A stretch of DNA of 64,000 nucleotides, taken from positions 13,579-77,578 of the forward strand of contig CAYQVD010000002.1 of NCBI GenBank assembly GCA_964421125.1. Reading direction: 5' to 3'. The translations under genes and the position numbers were made by a program. This document shows positions 32,134 through 42,193 of the stretch, in pieces. The notes under the pieces are model-generated. The model was not told the DNA's origin. It did no database searches and worked only from the letters and a program-made list of their open reading frames with translations. This DNA comes from an uncultured Bdellovibrionales bacterium (GTDB lineage Bacteria; Patescibacteriota; Minisyncoccia; Moranbacterales; DUUL01). The stretch's first letter is position 1; each line of letters starts with the position of its first letter.

Positions 32134-32189
32134 ATATTTATTATAGCTATTGAAATATTTTTGTCTAAATAGCCTGATTCTAATATTTC

Positions 32190-33602
32190 TTATTCTACAC
32201 TCAACCCCGTTGGATAAGATGGTGGGGTAATGTCAAAAGATTCATATTCAAATGCGCCTATATCAATCATTGATCTCGCATTTCCGCTATAATCAGTTGA
32301 TGGATAATAGCCACTTCCAGCTGTACCATAACCACCGTCAATTGCATCTGTTGACAACACCGTTAGAGCCGCTCCTGCCGTAAGATTATTAATGTCCAAA
32401 AAGTTCGGATCGTATAATGACCCATCCAAATCTTTAAAGTTTCCAGAGTCCGTCCCTGGCGTACTGCCTTCGAGTATCGAGGCTACATCATAAAAAATAT
32501 TATTTCTTATACTAAAATTACTAGCATTCTCAACTAAATCCGCCCCCGTGTTCATGTCATAAAAAATATTATTATGAATGTATATATAATCACTGGAATT
32601 TGCGGACATACGATTTTCTCCAACTCCATCTGATATAATTGTGTTGTTTATAAACCAGATTATAACGTCATAAGGGTAAGCTGTGTACCTGTGAAGGACA
32701 TTCAAAGTGTCTCCGGAAGGGCAATTTTCACAAAGATCAATCACATTATTTCTGATAACGTATAAATTATTTGATCCCGATCCGGTAGACAAACCCCTAA
32801 TCCATATTACTTTCGGACTTGCTGATCGGCTATCACACCCATGAATATAATTATTTTCCCAATAGGACACATAATTACTGCCCGAATTTACATTCTTTAG
32901 TGTAGTTCCAGTTATCCCAATCACTTCATTACCTTGAAAATTTCCGTATGATCCGTATTTCCACTCTATAGTCATGGTATAATAATAACTATTCCAGGCA
33001 ACCCCATACATCGTAATCAGACAATCAACAATGTTAAAAACACTATTTCCCTTTGCCATCATTAACGATTCAGTTACAGAAGAACCGTCATAACCTTTTC
33101 CGCTAACATCGCACCCAGTTATATCTATTGCAGTTGAATTGTCCAAAAAAACAGCCATTGTGTTTAATGCACCACGCATTTCTATATTGCTTACAGAAAT
33201 ATTGGTCGAATCTATAAATTGCAAAACACACCAGTTCGGATCAAGCGTTGATGGTGTAGTATCCACCTGTTCAGTATTGTCTATAAGTGGTTTTGACCCA
33301 GTACCGTAAGAATCAATCGTGATATTGCTTTTTCCATCAAAGTGAAGAGAGGCGTAAGATTCGTTTGCTGTACTTGTCCATGTATCACCTTTATTTAGAT
33401 AGACCGTATCACCACTACTGATAGATGTACGGATTTTATCAAGTGATGCCCATGCCGTTGCATCTGAGGTGCCAGCACTCCCATCATTGCCCCCAGTTTT
33501 AATATAATAGGTGGCCGCCTCCGAACTTCCCACTAACCCAAAAAAACTAAAAAATATTATTAGGGTGAGGATAACTTTAAGTTTTGAGTATTTGTTTTGC
33601 AT
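32190..33602 (-). CDS. Secreted right-handed parallel beta-helix (pectate-lyase-like) repeat protein.
   Basis: Signal peptide followed by repetitive N/G/T/S-rich beta-helix rungs. Local GC is higher than in neighbouring genes. Confidence 0.6.
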   Translation of the reverse strand: MQNKYSKLKVILTLIIFFSFFGLVGSSEAATYYIKTGGNDGSAGTSDATAWASLDKIRTSISSGDTVYLNKGDTWTSTANESYASLHFDGKSNITIDSYGTGSKPLIDNTEQVDTTPSTLDPNWCVLQFIDSTNISVSNIEMRGALNTMAVFLDNSTAIDITGCDVSGKGYDGSSVTESLMMAKGNSVFNIVDCLITMYGVAWNSYYYTMTIEWKYGSYGNFQGNEVIGITGTTLKNVNSGSNYVSYWENNYIHGCDSRSASPKVIWIRGLSTGSGSNNLYVIRNNVIDLCENCPSGDTLNVLHRYTAYPYDVIIWFINNTIISDGVGENRMSANSSDYIYIHNNIFYDMNTGADLVENASNFSIRNNIFYDVASILEGSTPGTDSGNFKDLDGSLYDPNFLDINNLTAGAALTVLSTDAIDGGYGTAGSGYYPSTDYSGNARSMIDIGAFEYESFDITPPSYPTGLSVE

Positions 33603-33771
33603 ATTTTAAATATAATTTTTAATTTCCAATTTTGTAATTTTATAAATAAATCTCAAATCTTAATGTTTAAAAATTCAGATATTAGAAATTATTTAAAAAA
33701 TTATAAAATTATAAAATTTATTCCCTATTCCACACCCAGCCCCGTTAAATATATTATTTTCATCTTTGACC

Positions 33772-34821
33772 CTACAATCCATGAACCACTTTATTACGAT
33801 TATGTTCTTCTAATGTAACAGAATAAACCATTTCTCCTGTTCCTGGATCAGTTAAAAAGAAATAGTAATTATTTTCATCTGGATAAATAGCTGCTCTAAT
33901 TGCATCTAGTCCCGGATTTGCGATTGGCCCTGGTGGTAATCCCGCATTTTTATAAGTATTATATGGTGAAACAAGCTCAGTATCTTCAATTGAATATTGC
34001 TTTTTATCAATTCCAGTTACATAGGCAAGTGTAGCGCAACTCTGAAGAGGATATTCATCATTCATTCTTTTCCAAAAAATTCCAGAAACAATTCGACGTG
34101 CTTCTGCAGTTTTTGCCTCCTTTTCAATGACTGAGGCCATAGTGATAATTTCATGCAGACTCTTTCCCTGACTTTCAATTTCCTTCATCAAATCGCTATC
34201 AATTTGTTTATTGAAATTGTTAAGAAATTTCATAACAAGAATTTCTGCCGTGTCTTCACTATCAATAAAATATGTATCAGGGAAAAGATATCCTTCAATG
34301 TCCACTCCTTCCGGAATTGTTTTCAAGAAATCATATCTTTGCAAGACTTTTCCGCAAGCACACTCCTCAACTTCTTGAAGACATTGGCAACTAGCAATTT
34401 TCTCAAATTGAGACCCAATCTCAGGATCAATTTTTTTTAACCTTTCTGCAATTTTTTTATTTGTAAATCCTTCCGGAACAGTAAGTTTTTTAATTTCTGG
34501 ATTATTCTCTCCTTCAATTAAAATTAAAGTAATTTCAGGTATTGTTAAATTCGAAGTAAGTTCAAAATTTCCAGCCTGAATTTTACTGCCCGAGTCATTC
34601 TTCCAAATATAAAAATAGAAAAAATACTTGTTTAAAATAAGCCCATCATCTTCCAAGTTAGCACCAATCTCCTTAGCACTTTGTCCTTCTTTAATTTCAA
34701 ATTCCACAGGAATATTTGAATCACTAGCAGTTGAGTTCAAAACTGAATTTTCAAAAAATTTAAATCCCACAAAAACCAGGGCAAATAAAATCACCAAGGC
34801 AAATAAAATTTTATTTATCAT
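33772..34821 (-). CDS. mltG: Endolytic murein transglycosylase MltG (YceG family).
   Basis: N-terminal TM and the YceG domain, including the IPEG-like motif. Confidence 0.8.
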   Translation of the reverse strand: MINKILFALVILFALVFVGFKFFENSVLNSTASDSNIPVEFEIKEGQSAKEIGANLEDDGLILNKYFFYFYIWKNDSGSKIQAGNFELTSNLTIPEITLILIEGENNPEIKKLTVPEGFTNKKIAERLKKIDPEIGSQFEKIASCQCLQEVEECACGKVLQRYDFLKTIPEGVDIEGYLFPDTYFIDSEDTAEILVMKFLNNFNKQIDSDLMKEIESQGKSLHEIITMASVIEKEAKTAEARRIVSGIFWKRMNDEYPLQSCATLAYVTGIDKKQYSIEDTELVSPYNTYKNAGLPPGPIANPGLDAIRAAIYPDENNYYFFLTDPGTGEMVYSVTLEEHNRNKVVHGL

Positions 34822-35257
34822 AAAAAAATAATTAATTAAAAAATATTATCACACTTAAAAATATCTGATTGCAATGCAATCCCCTTTTAAGAATAATCTT
34901 CATTCTCTCTGGGAATAAAATTTTCTACAAAAATTTTGTCTGAAAACCCAAATTTTGTCCTAGAGTCTATTTCTAATCTCCATATTCTGCTGCAAATTCC
35001 TAATTTCAGCTACAAAAAACTCATCACTCGTTGAAATAACATTCGTTATTCCTTCCTCATTCTTCACTTTTTTCGCTTGAACTTTGAAATTTTCGTAACG
35101 AAAGAGAAATTAGGAATAGACTCTTGATCGTCCAAGGTGGTATTGAATGTGGGTAAGATTTTCAGTTATAAAATTTAGGGTTTGAGTTTATTTTTTAGAA
35201 AATTTTGTTTCCAAAGAGAAGCTCTTTTCAAATCCACCGCCAACCCAAACACAATTG

Positions 35258-35330
35258 AGATGTGGATAATGTATTTTTGAGAACATGACATTCTAATGGA
35301 ATTTTTCGAAAAAATATATTATCCACATCT
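35258..35330. repeat. Palindromic intergenic element, copy 1.
   Basis: agatgtggataatgtattttt...catgacattctaatgg...aaaaaatatattatccacatct. The arms contain TTATCCACA and TGTGGATAA. Confidence 0.85.
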
Positions 35331-35371
35331 TAGTTACTAACAATTCATAAAAGTAAAAACAAATAATCAGG

Positions 35372-36706
35372 CTAATCAGTTCTTTCAGAAACAATCACCT
35401 TTTCTCCTGCCTTCAATCCGCTCTTAATTTCTATCATTCCACTATCCCCTTCTAGTCCAACTTGAATCTGTCGCTTCTCAATATTTCCAAGCTCATCAAT
35501 AATTTTCACGGATGTTTTCGATTCATCATAATTAACAGCACTCTGTGGAATTGTCAAAACGCTTTCTCTATTATCTATAAGAATATCTACGTCTGCGCTC
35601 ATTCCTTCTTTCAAACGAGAATCAATTTTATTAAGCTTTAATTTAGCTTTATAATAAACAACATCCTGAATAATTGTAGCAGCTGGATTGATCTCAATGA
35701 CTTGTGCTTCAATTGTTTCATCAAAAGATAACGCGTCAAAAGATAGTTCTGCTATTTGATCAATTTGAACCTTTGAAATATCAGATTCTGAAATCATAGC
35801 TTCCAAAATGAAATCCTTGGAAATCATTTTTCCAAAACTTGTTACACCGACCGAAGAAGATCCTAAAACCTCCCCTTCTTCATAATTAATTTCAGCAATC
35901 ATTCCATTGACTGGAGCTTTCAAGGAAGATTTTTCTAAATTAGCAACTGCGATATCATAATCAGCTCGAGCAGCTTCAACAACTGCATCCCGACTTCTTT
36001 CTGCATATTGAGACTTGGCTGTTTTTAATGATTTCTTAGCAGAACTCAGTAAATTCTCAGCAGAAACTTTTGCTAAATCTTTTGCCTTATTAACAGTTTC
36101 GATTGCTTGATCTGCACTATTTTTACTTGTTTCAGCCGATCTCATTGTCAACTTAGCACTTTGCACTGCAACACTGCCCTCACCTGAAGCAGTAACATTC
36201 AAATCATAATACTCAACTGCTTCATTATAATAATCACTAGCATCTTCATAGGCCTGTTGTGCTGCTAAAACTTTTTGATCCTCTAGGTCATCCACCTCAC
36301 TTAGATAATCCTCAGCATTATCAACTGCCTGTTCTAATTCTCGAATTGTATCATCACTAGAGCCAGCATCAGCAACAGCTTTATTAAGAGCAATTTCGGC
36401 TTTCTCGAGCTGTTTAGTTAAAACATCGCTCGAAAGATTTGCTAAGACTTCTCCGTCTCCAATTTCATCTCCAATTTCAACTTTCACTACTCCCACTCGA
36501 CCAGAGTTTTCAAAATTTAAAACAACCTCACTTTCCGACTTCAAATCACCCGTTGCCGAAACAGTTTGAGAAATATTTTCGACCTGAACTTCTTCAATAA
36601 GATATTTTTCATTAACATCTTCATCTGTTTGAAATCTCCAAACAATAAAACTAGCTATAATAATAGCAATAACTAAACCAGTAATTATTTTTTTCTTTTT
36701 TGACAT
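35372..36706 (-). CDS. HlyD/membrane-fusion-protein family periplasmic adaptor.
   Basis: N-terminal TM, a long coiled coil, and a C-terminal beta-barrel/lipoyl-like domain. The ORF's N-terminal extension to 36784 is rejected. Confidence 0.7.
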   Translation of the reverse strand: MSKKKKIITGLVIAIIIASFIVWRFQTDEDVNEKYLIEEVQVENISQTVSATGDLKSESEVVLNFENSGRVGVVKVEIGDEIGDGEVLANLSSDVLTKQLEKAEIALNKAVADAGSSDDTIRELEQAVDNAEDYLSEVDDLEDQKVLAAQQAYEDASDYYNEAVEYYDLNVTASGEGSVAVQSAKLTMRSAETSKNSADQAIETVNKAKDLAKVSAENLLSSAKKSLKTAKSQYAERSRDAVVEAARADYDIAVANLEKSSLKAPVNGMIAEINYEEGEVLGSSSVGVTSFGKMISKDFILEAMISESDISKVQIDQIAELSFDALSFDETIEAQVIEINPAATIIQDVVYYKAKLKLNKIDSRLKEGMSADVDILIDNRESVLTIPQSAVNYDESKTSVKIIDELGNIEKRQIQVGLEGDSGMIEIKSGLKAGEKVIVSERTD

Positions 36707-36752
36707 TTTTTTTATTTTTAACACAACAAAAACTTTTTTATTATCAGTTAAG

Positions 36753-36821
36753 CTGTAGATAATGTATTTTCGAGAGCATGACATTCTGATGGAATTTTTC
36801 GAGAAAATATGTTATCTATAG
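36753..36821. repeat. Palindromic intergenic element, copy 2.
   Basis: ctgtagataatgtattttcgagagcatgacattctgatggaatttttcgagaaaatatgttatctatag. Confidence 0.85.
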
Positions 36822-36829
36822 TTTAATCC

Positions 36830-37711
36830 CTATTTCATATTTCTATTATATAACGTTAATGTATTTTTTAAAAGCATTGCAACTGTCACCGGACCAACCC
36901 CGCCAGGCACTGGTGTTATGAATCTTACTTTTTCTTCCGCTTCTTTAAAATTAACATCTCCTAAAATATCATCTCCCTCTTTTGTAATCCCTATATCAAT
37001 CACTACTGCATTTTCTTTAATCGTATCTCCACCAATGAACTCTGGGCGACCGACCGCCGAAATTAGAAGATCGGCCTTGATTGTTTTATTTTTCAACTCA
37101 GAATCATCTGCTTGGATCAAATCAATTTTTCCACCCCGACACTCAAGAACTTTAGCTAAACTTTTTCCGAAAATATCAGAATTTGAAACTACACAAACTT
37201 TTTTATCTTTCAAATCAAAATCAATATCCTCCAATATTTCAATCACAACCTGCAACACTGGCGGAATCACATCTTCATGGCTACACGTTTCCAACAGCTT
37301 TTTCAAGTTTTCTGGATGAAATCGATCAACATCTTTTTCTGGATCAATAGCTTTAATAATCCTGTCCGTATCAAGACCTTCCGGTAACGGCAACTGAACC
37401 AAAATCGCATCCACATCATCATCTTGATTTAAATATTCTATTGTTTTTATAATGTCCTCTTCCGACGCTTCTTGCGAACTTCGATAAACATTAATATTCA
37501 TCCCCACCTTCCTAGCTTCTTTTTCTTTCAATTTAACATAGAGTTTTGAATCCTCTCTTTCGCCAATCAAAACAATCGCAAGTCCTGGCATTCGTTTTCC
37601 TGCTTCTTGCAATTTAACAATTTCCCTTCTCGCTTCGCTACTAATCCTTTCAGCAATTTTCTTGCCATCAATAATCTTCGCTAATTTTTTTTTCATTTTT
37701 TTCATTAACAA
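36830..37711 (-). CDS. folD: Bifunctional methylene-THF dehydrogenase/cyclohydrolase.
   Basis: Signatures IIDGKKIA...GLAIVLIG... and PVPGGVGPVTVAMLL. Confidence 0.9.
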   Translation of the reverse strand: MLMKKMKKKLAKIIDGKKIAERISSEARREIVKLQEAGKRMPGLAIVLIGEREDSKLYVKLKEKEARKVGMNINVYRSSQEASEEDIIKTIEYLNQDDDVDAILVQLPLPEGLDTDRIIKAIDPEKDVDRFHPENLKKLLETCSHEDVIPPVLQVVIEILEDIDFDLKDKKVCVVSNSDIFGKSLAKVLECRGGKIDLIQADDSELKNKTIKADLLISAVGRPEFIGGDTIKENAVVIDIGITKEGDDILGDVNFKEAEEKVRFITPVPGGVGPVTVAMLLKNTLTLYNRNMK

Positions 37712-37762
37712 CTATAAATATCTCTCAATAAAACCTACTAACTTTTTATATAAAAACCTTCT

Positions 37763-38095
37763 TTATTTTTCTTCAGAAACATTCCCAGACTCAATTAATT
37801 CTTGTATTAATTCTTTTTTTATTTTACCTGCTTCAATTTTTAAATCTTTTTTTAATTCATCAGAAACAGAACCTAGAAATTTTTTATACTTTTCAGCAGA
37901 TTTTAAATAATTGACCTCCTTTTCACTAAATTCATCTAAAACTTCTATGAAACTATTTATTCTTGAATCACTCAACTGATCAAGACTACTAATCACATAT
38001 TCTTGAAAACTTGGCGGGAGACCAGATAAAGATAATTTAAATATTAATTCAGCAATTTTGTTTTTTCGATCTTTCATTAAAATACACTTAATCAA
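37763..38095 (-). CDS. Hypothetical 110-aa acidic protein, third gene of the unknown operon.
   Basis: Its start abuts the upstream stop. Confidence 0.5.
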   Translation of the reverse strand: MIKCILMKDRKNKIAELIFKLSLSGLPPSFQEYVISSLDQLSDSRINSFIEVLDEFSEKEVNYLKSAEKYKKFLGSVSDELKKDLKIEAGKIKKELIQELIESGNVSEEK

Positions 38096-39439
38096 TTAAT
38101 TTCCCTTATAACCCAAGAAATCTGCGAGGTAATTCGCACCTTTCACCACTGAATCACTTTTTTCAACTAACTTTTCTTTCATTATTCCTTCTGTAGAGTC
38201 CAAGGCTCCAGTGGCTTTTTCTTTAACATAGTCCATTGCCCCTTCCTTAAGACGCTCTTTGCCAAGATCCCAAAGACTGTCCCATTCTTCTTGTATCCAT
38301 TGCATAACTGGAGCCATTTTCCCTTCTATATAATCTTCCCCTTCATGTATTTTCTCCGCTATAGGACCCCAAGTTCCCATTTTATCCATTCCAATCTTTG
38401 CCAAAGGCAAAGCTCCAAGCATAGTACAAACAACTGCCTTCATATATTTCCCATAGCCACCAAAGGCATCAACCAATTCCTTTTCTACTTCTTTGATTTT
38501 CTTATTATAAGAATCATTTTCCAATTTACCTTCCATGACTATTTTTAATTTTTGAGAGATAGCTTTAGTTATTTCTTCCTTTCCATTTTCTGAATTTGCC
38601 ATTTTCAACCATTTTCCTTCAACTTCTCCAGCAAAATCACCAAGTTTATTTTTGTAATAATTTTCTATACTTGAAATCATTTCTTCGGCAGTTTGATGAG
38701 ATAAATCTTCTATGAAAACATTATTTTCATCAAAAAGCTCTTTCTTCCCAGCTAAAATATTTTTTAAATTATTGAAATCTAAATTGTCCTTATATTCCAA
38801 CTCGAAGAGAGCAATATCTTCTGAAAGTTCTTTTAACTTTTGTTCATTTTCTTTTGGATTTTCTCTTAAGGCACTCAACTCAGATCTAAGATTGCAATAT
38901 TCCTCCATTTTCTCTTTTATATTTTCATCATTCAGGGAATTAATAAAAGACCTTTGAATCAGGTCATCAGATGTTTGTAAATTCTTGTAATCTTCATTTG
39001 AATCACGAACTGCAATATTTTTCCTAAGAGCATCAACCCAGGTTGGTGCTCCCAATAAAAAAACATTGCTAGAAATCTTTGAAAAGTTCTTACCTAAAAA
39101 AGTTGCAATCTTCGTTCCCTTTTCCACTGCTCCATTAATAATCCCTCCAAGATGAGCCGGCAGAATAAAACCAGTAACAAACTTTGAAGCAGCTGGAATA
39201 AGTTTATTGGCTACATCAGATTTAAAATCTAGATACTTTTCAAAAGCCTCCCATGACTTATCTCCCCCTTCCAATAACATCAAAAAACTATCTTCCTTAA
39301 ATTTGCCATAAATTTCTGACATTTTTTGTTTATCAAAAATATCAGAAATCTTTTCCAGCATTCCCTCTTCTTCTTTTTTTTCGTAAGCAAAATTTTTATT
39401 ATCCAAGGCTATCTCACCTCCAGAAATCTTGTTTCTCAT
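38096..39439 (-). CDS. Hypothetical 447-aa protein with no recognisable catalytic motif.
   Basis: Long clean ORF, K/E-rich. Sits 8 nt after the upstream gene. Confidence 0.55.
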   Translation of the reverse strand: MRNKISGGEIALDNKNFAYEKKEEEGMLEKISDIFDKQKMSEIYGKFKEDSFLMLLEGGDKSWEAFEKYLDFKSDVANKLIPAASKFVTGFILPAHLGGIINGAVEKGTKIATFLGKNFSKISSNVFLLGAPTWVDALRKNIAVRDSNEDYKNLQTSDDLIQRSFINSLNDENIKEKMEEYCNLRSELSALRENPKENEQKLKELSEDIALFELEYKDNLDFNNLKNILAGKKELFDENNVFIEDLSHQTAEEMISSIENYYKNKLGDFAGEVEGKWLKMANSENGKEEITKAISQKLKIVMEGKLENDSYNKKIKEVEKELVDAFGGYGKYMKAVVCTMLGALPLAKIGMDKMGTWGPIAEKIHEGEDYIEGKMAPVMQWIQEEWDSLWDLGKERLKEGAMDYVKEKATGALDSTEGIMKEKLVEKSDSVVKGANYLADFLGYKGN

Positions 39440-39447
39440 AGCACAAC

Positions 39448-39873
39448 TTAATTAATTTGTCCCTTCTTTTTTGCGTCCTTCAATTCTCTTTCTAAAGAAT
39501 CTTTTTTGATTTTATCCCAATCTATATTCTCCATAATCCTTTTCTCCACAGCATCAAAATCAATTTCAGGCCCCTTTTTTCTACTATCCAAAGCTGAAGA
39601 AGTTAATCCGATCCAATAATTATTAGGAATTCTATTTTTTATATCATCTGATGAAGCACTTCCTCCTTTCTCTTTAAAAACATCTTCTTCAACCTTCATA
39701 TACTCATCATAAGCGCTTTGAATTTTATCCTTTTCTTCTTGTGAATTAGCTACTTCTAAAACAGCCTCTAGAATTACTTCCTGAGTTTCAATAAAAGCCT
39801 TTCTTGCTTCATTAGATCCATCAAGATTCTCTTGATAGTTTAACATATTTTTTACAAATTTGTCTTCTGACAT
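39448..39873 (-). CDS. Hypothetical 141-aa acidic protein, first gene of the unknown operon.
   Basis: Clean ORF. Confidence 0.5.
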   Translation of the reverse strand: MSEDKFVKNMLNYQENLDGSNEARKAFIETQEVILEAVLEVANSQEEKDKIQSAYDEYMKVEEDVFKEKGGSASSDDIKNRIPNNYWIGLTSSALDSRKKGPEIDFDAVEKRIMENIDWDKIKKDSLERELKDAKKKGQIN

Positions 39874-39981
39874 TTTTTTATATTAATAATTTAATCCTCA
39901 ATCTTATATCTTTTCCCACTAATAATTACTTCTCCACCACGATGCATGTTTTCTAACTTATTTACATTATCATCCTTATTT

Positions 39982-40608
39982 TTAATTTCTTTCCAAACTA
40001 AATTCAATTAATCTTTTTTTGACCACTTCGTCGTCTATTTCAAATCCAGATAGATATTCGACTTCTTCGTCATAATTTACGTCTTCAAAATAAATTAAAG
40101 CCTCACGAAATATCCTTTCATTGAATTCACCTTCAAATATTTTTTTCGCTCGCTCAACAATTTTTTTTATAGAATGATATTTATTTATTATAAAATACAA
40201 ATCGACATAATCTTTCCATTTTGCCCTACGCCTAAGTGCAAAAGCTTTCATCGCACCTAAAGTCAAAAGATCTGGCATTCTTAGAAAATCTTCTAAATTT
40301 TTAGAAAAATCTAAAGCATATGGATAATTAAAAAAAGTGAATTGAACATTATCAATAAAAAAAGTATACTGATCATCTTCATCTTTATACACTTTACCGA
40401 TTTTTCAGCCTTCTTTTTTTATCACTCGTCTAATTTTAGTGCTTTCAAATTCTTTCAATGAAAATAAATCAAAATCAATTGAACGTCGATGTCCAATTTG
40501 CAAGGCAATGGCTGTTCCACCCACCAATCCAAAATTCTTAATAAATTTCTTTACTAACAATAATAATTCTATTTGCTTCTTGGTCAAAATTTCTTTATGC
40601 ATGGGCAT
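39982..40608 (-). pseudogene. AbiEii/DUF1814-type nucleotidyltransferase split by a frameshift in an A7/T7 tract at about 40414-40420.
   Basis: N-terminal piece (40405..40608) carries GGTAIALQIGHRRSIDFDLF. The C-terminal piece (39982..40392) continues the DUF1814 fold. The two frames differ by 1 nt at a homopolymer. Confidence 0.6.
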
Positions 40609-40858
40609 TGAAATATAGTGTAAAATAATGTTTCGTTCTTTTATGATAATTTTGTCTTCCCATTTTTGATGGCTGAGATTTTTCACGAAAAATCCTGGCC
40701 ACTTCTTTAATGCCCAAAATTTTAATGAGTGTTTGCACATCATCCCAATCGCCATAATTCAAAGTGGCCTCCACAATTGATTCTGGTCCGAGTTTGTCAT
40801 AATCCTTTACCCACCAAATCAAATGCTTTCTTTTTTTTATAAAATCATGAATATCCAC
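40595..40858 (-). CDS. Small 87-aa protein directly upstream of the AbiEii-like gene. It is a candidate cognate antitoxin or partner.
   Basis: Position and 12-nt spacing from the nucleotidyltransferase start. Confidence 0.45.
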   Translation of the reverse strand: MDIHDFIKKRKHLIWWVKDYDKLGPESIVEATLNYGDWDDVQTLIKILGIKEVARIFREKSQPSKMGRQNYHKRTKHYFTLYFNAHA

Positions 40859-40921
40859 ACAGCTATTTTAGCATAATTAAAGCCCTAAATCAAAAAATTA
40901 ATCCTGAAATTATGACCGATT

Positions 40922-42169
40922 CTAAACACTCGGAATTGGAAATTCTGTGCAAAGTTTTTTTATTGCTTCTTTAACAGATTTCAACTCCTCTTCATTCTCA
41001 CGATTCATAATCGCCTTGTCAATTAACTCTGTAACTTTTTTTATTTCTTCCTCTTTCATGCCACGAGAAGTTGCAGCTGCTGTTCCGAAACGAACCCCAG
41101 AAGGATTCATTGGTGGATTTGGATCATTGGGAATTGTTGATCGACTCACAGAGATTCCAACTTTTTCAAGAACTTGTTCAGCTTCTTTTCCGCTCACTCC
41201 TTTGCTAGTCATGTCAGCCACAAAAAGATGATTGTCAGTTCCTCCAGAAATCACTCGATAACCTCTATCGATAAAATCTTCTGCCATTGTTTGTGCATTT
41301 AAAATAACTTGTTTTGCATAAACTTTAAAATCATCTTTCAAAACTTCGCCAAAAGCCACGGCCTTGGCAGCTGTAATGTGATCATGCGGTCCACCCTGCA
41401 TTCCAGGAAAAACTGCTCGATCAACTTGTTTAGCAAATTTCTCTTTACACATAATCATCGCTCCTCTTGGTCCTCGAAGAGTTTTGTGAGTGGTCGTTGA
41501 AACAACATCAAAAATCGGCACTGGATTCGCCATCTCTCCTGTCGCAATTAAACCAGCAGTATGAGCAATGTCAGCAAAAGTGAACGCTCCAATCTCATCA
41601 GCAATTTCTTGAAATTTTTCCCATTCAATTTCTCTTGAATAAGCACTATACCCAGCCACAATCATTTTTGGTTTTTCTTTCAGTGCAATTTCTCGAACTT
41701 TTGCCATATCAATTTTTCCAGTCTCTGAATCAACTTCGTATTGAACAAAATTATAAAGCATTCCAGAAAAATTCACTGGATGACCATGAGAAAGATGCCC
41801 ACCATGATCAAGTTTCAATCCCATCACTTTGTCTCCTGGCTTCAAAAATGCAAAATAAACCGCCGCATTGGCCGGAGAACCAGAAAGTGGCTGAACATTG
41901 ACATGCTCGGCATTAAAAAGCTTTTTTGCTCGATCAATTGCAATATTTTCTACTATATCAATCACTTGATTTCCTCCATAATATCGATGTCCTGGATACC
42001 CCTCACTGTATTTGTTTGTCAAAACTGTTCCCATTGCCTCCAAAACTGCCTTCGAAACATAATTCTCCGAAGCAATTAATTCCAGCTCATTAATTTGACG
42101 CTCCTCTTCCAGTTCCACCGCGTCCATTATCTCCTTATCCTCCTGCTCTAAATTTTGATAACTTGGCAT
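40922..42169 (-). CDS. glyA: Serine hydroxymethyltransferase.
   Basis: SHMT core including YSEGYPGHRYYGG, with PLP-binding lysine context. Confidence 0.9.
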   Translation of the reverse strand: MPSYQNLEQEDKEIMDAVELEEERQINELELIASENYVSKAVLEAMGTVLTNKYSEGYPGHRYYGGNQVIDIVENIAIDRAKKLFNAEHVNVQPLSGSPANAAVYFAFLKPGDKVMGLKLDHGGHLSHGHPVNFSGMLYNFVQYEVDSETGKIDMAKVREIALKEKPKMIVAGYSAYSREIEWEKFQEIADEIGAFTFADIAHTAGLIATGEMANPVPIFDVVSTTTHKTLRGPRGAMIMCKEKFAKQVDRAVFPGMQGGPHDHITAAKAVAFGEVLKDDFKVYAKQVILNAQTMAEDFIDRGYRVISGGTDNHLFVADMTSKGVSGKEAEQVLEKVGISVSRSTIPNDPNPPMNPSGVRFGTAAATSRGMKEEEIKKVTELIDKAIMNRENEEELKSVKEAIKKLCTEFPIPSV

Positions 42170-42193
42170 AATATTAAAATTAATTTTAAAAAA

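Noticed and set aside
36707-36784. N-terminal extension of the HlyD-like ORF (MSCSRKYIIYSLTDNKKVFVVLKIKK).
   Set aside because: The extension is the translated palindromic repeat element. The internal Met before the TM helix is the credible start.
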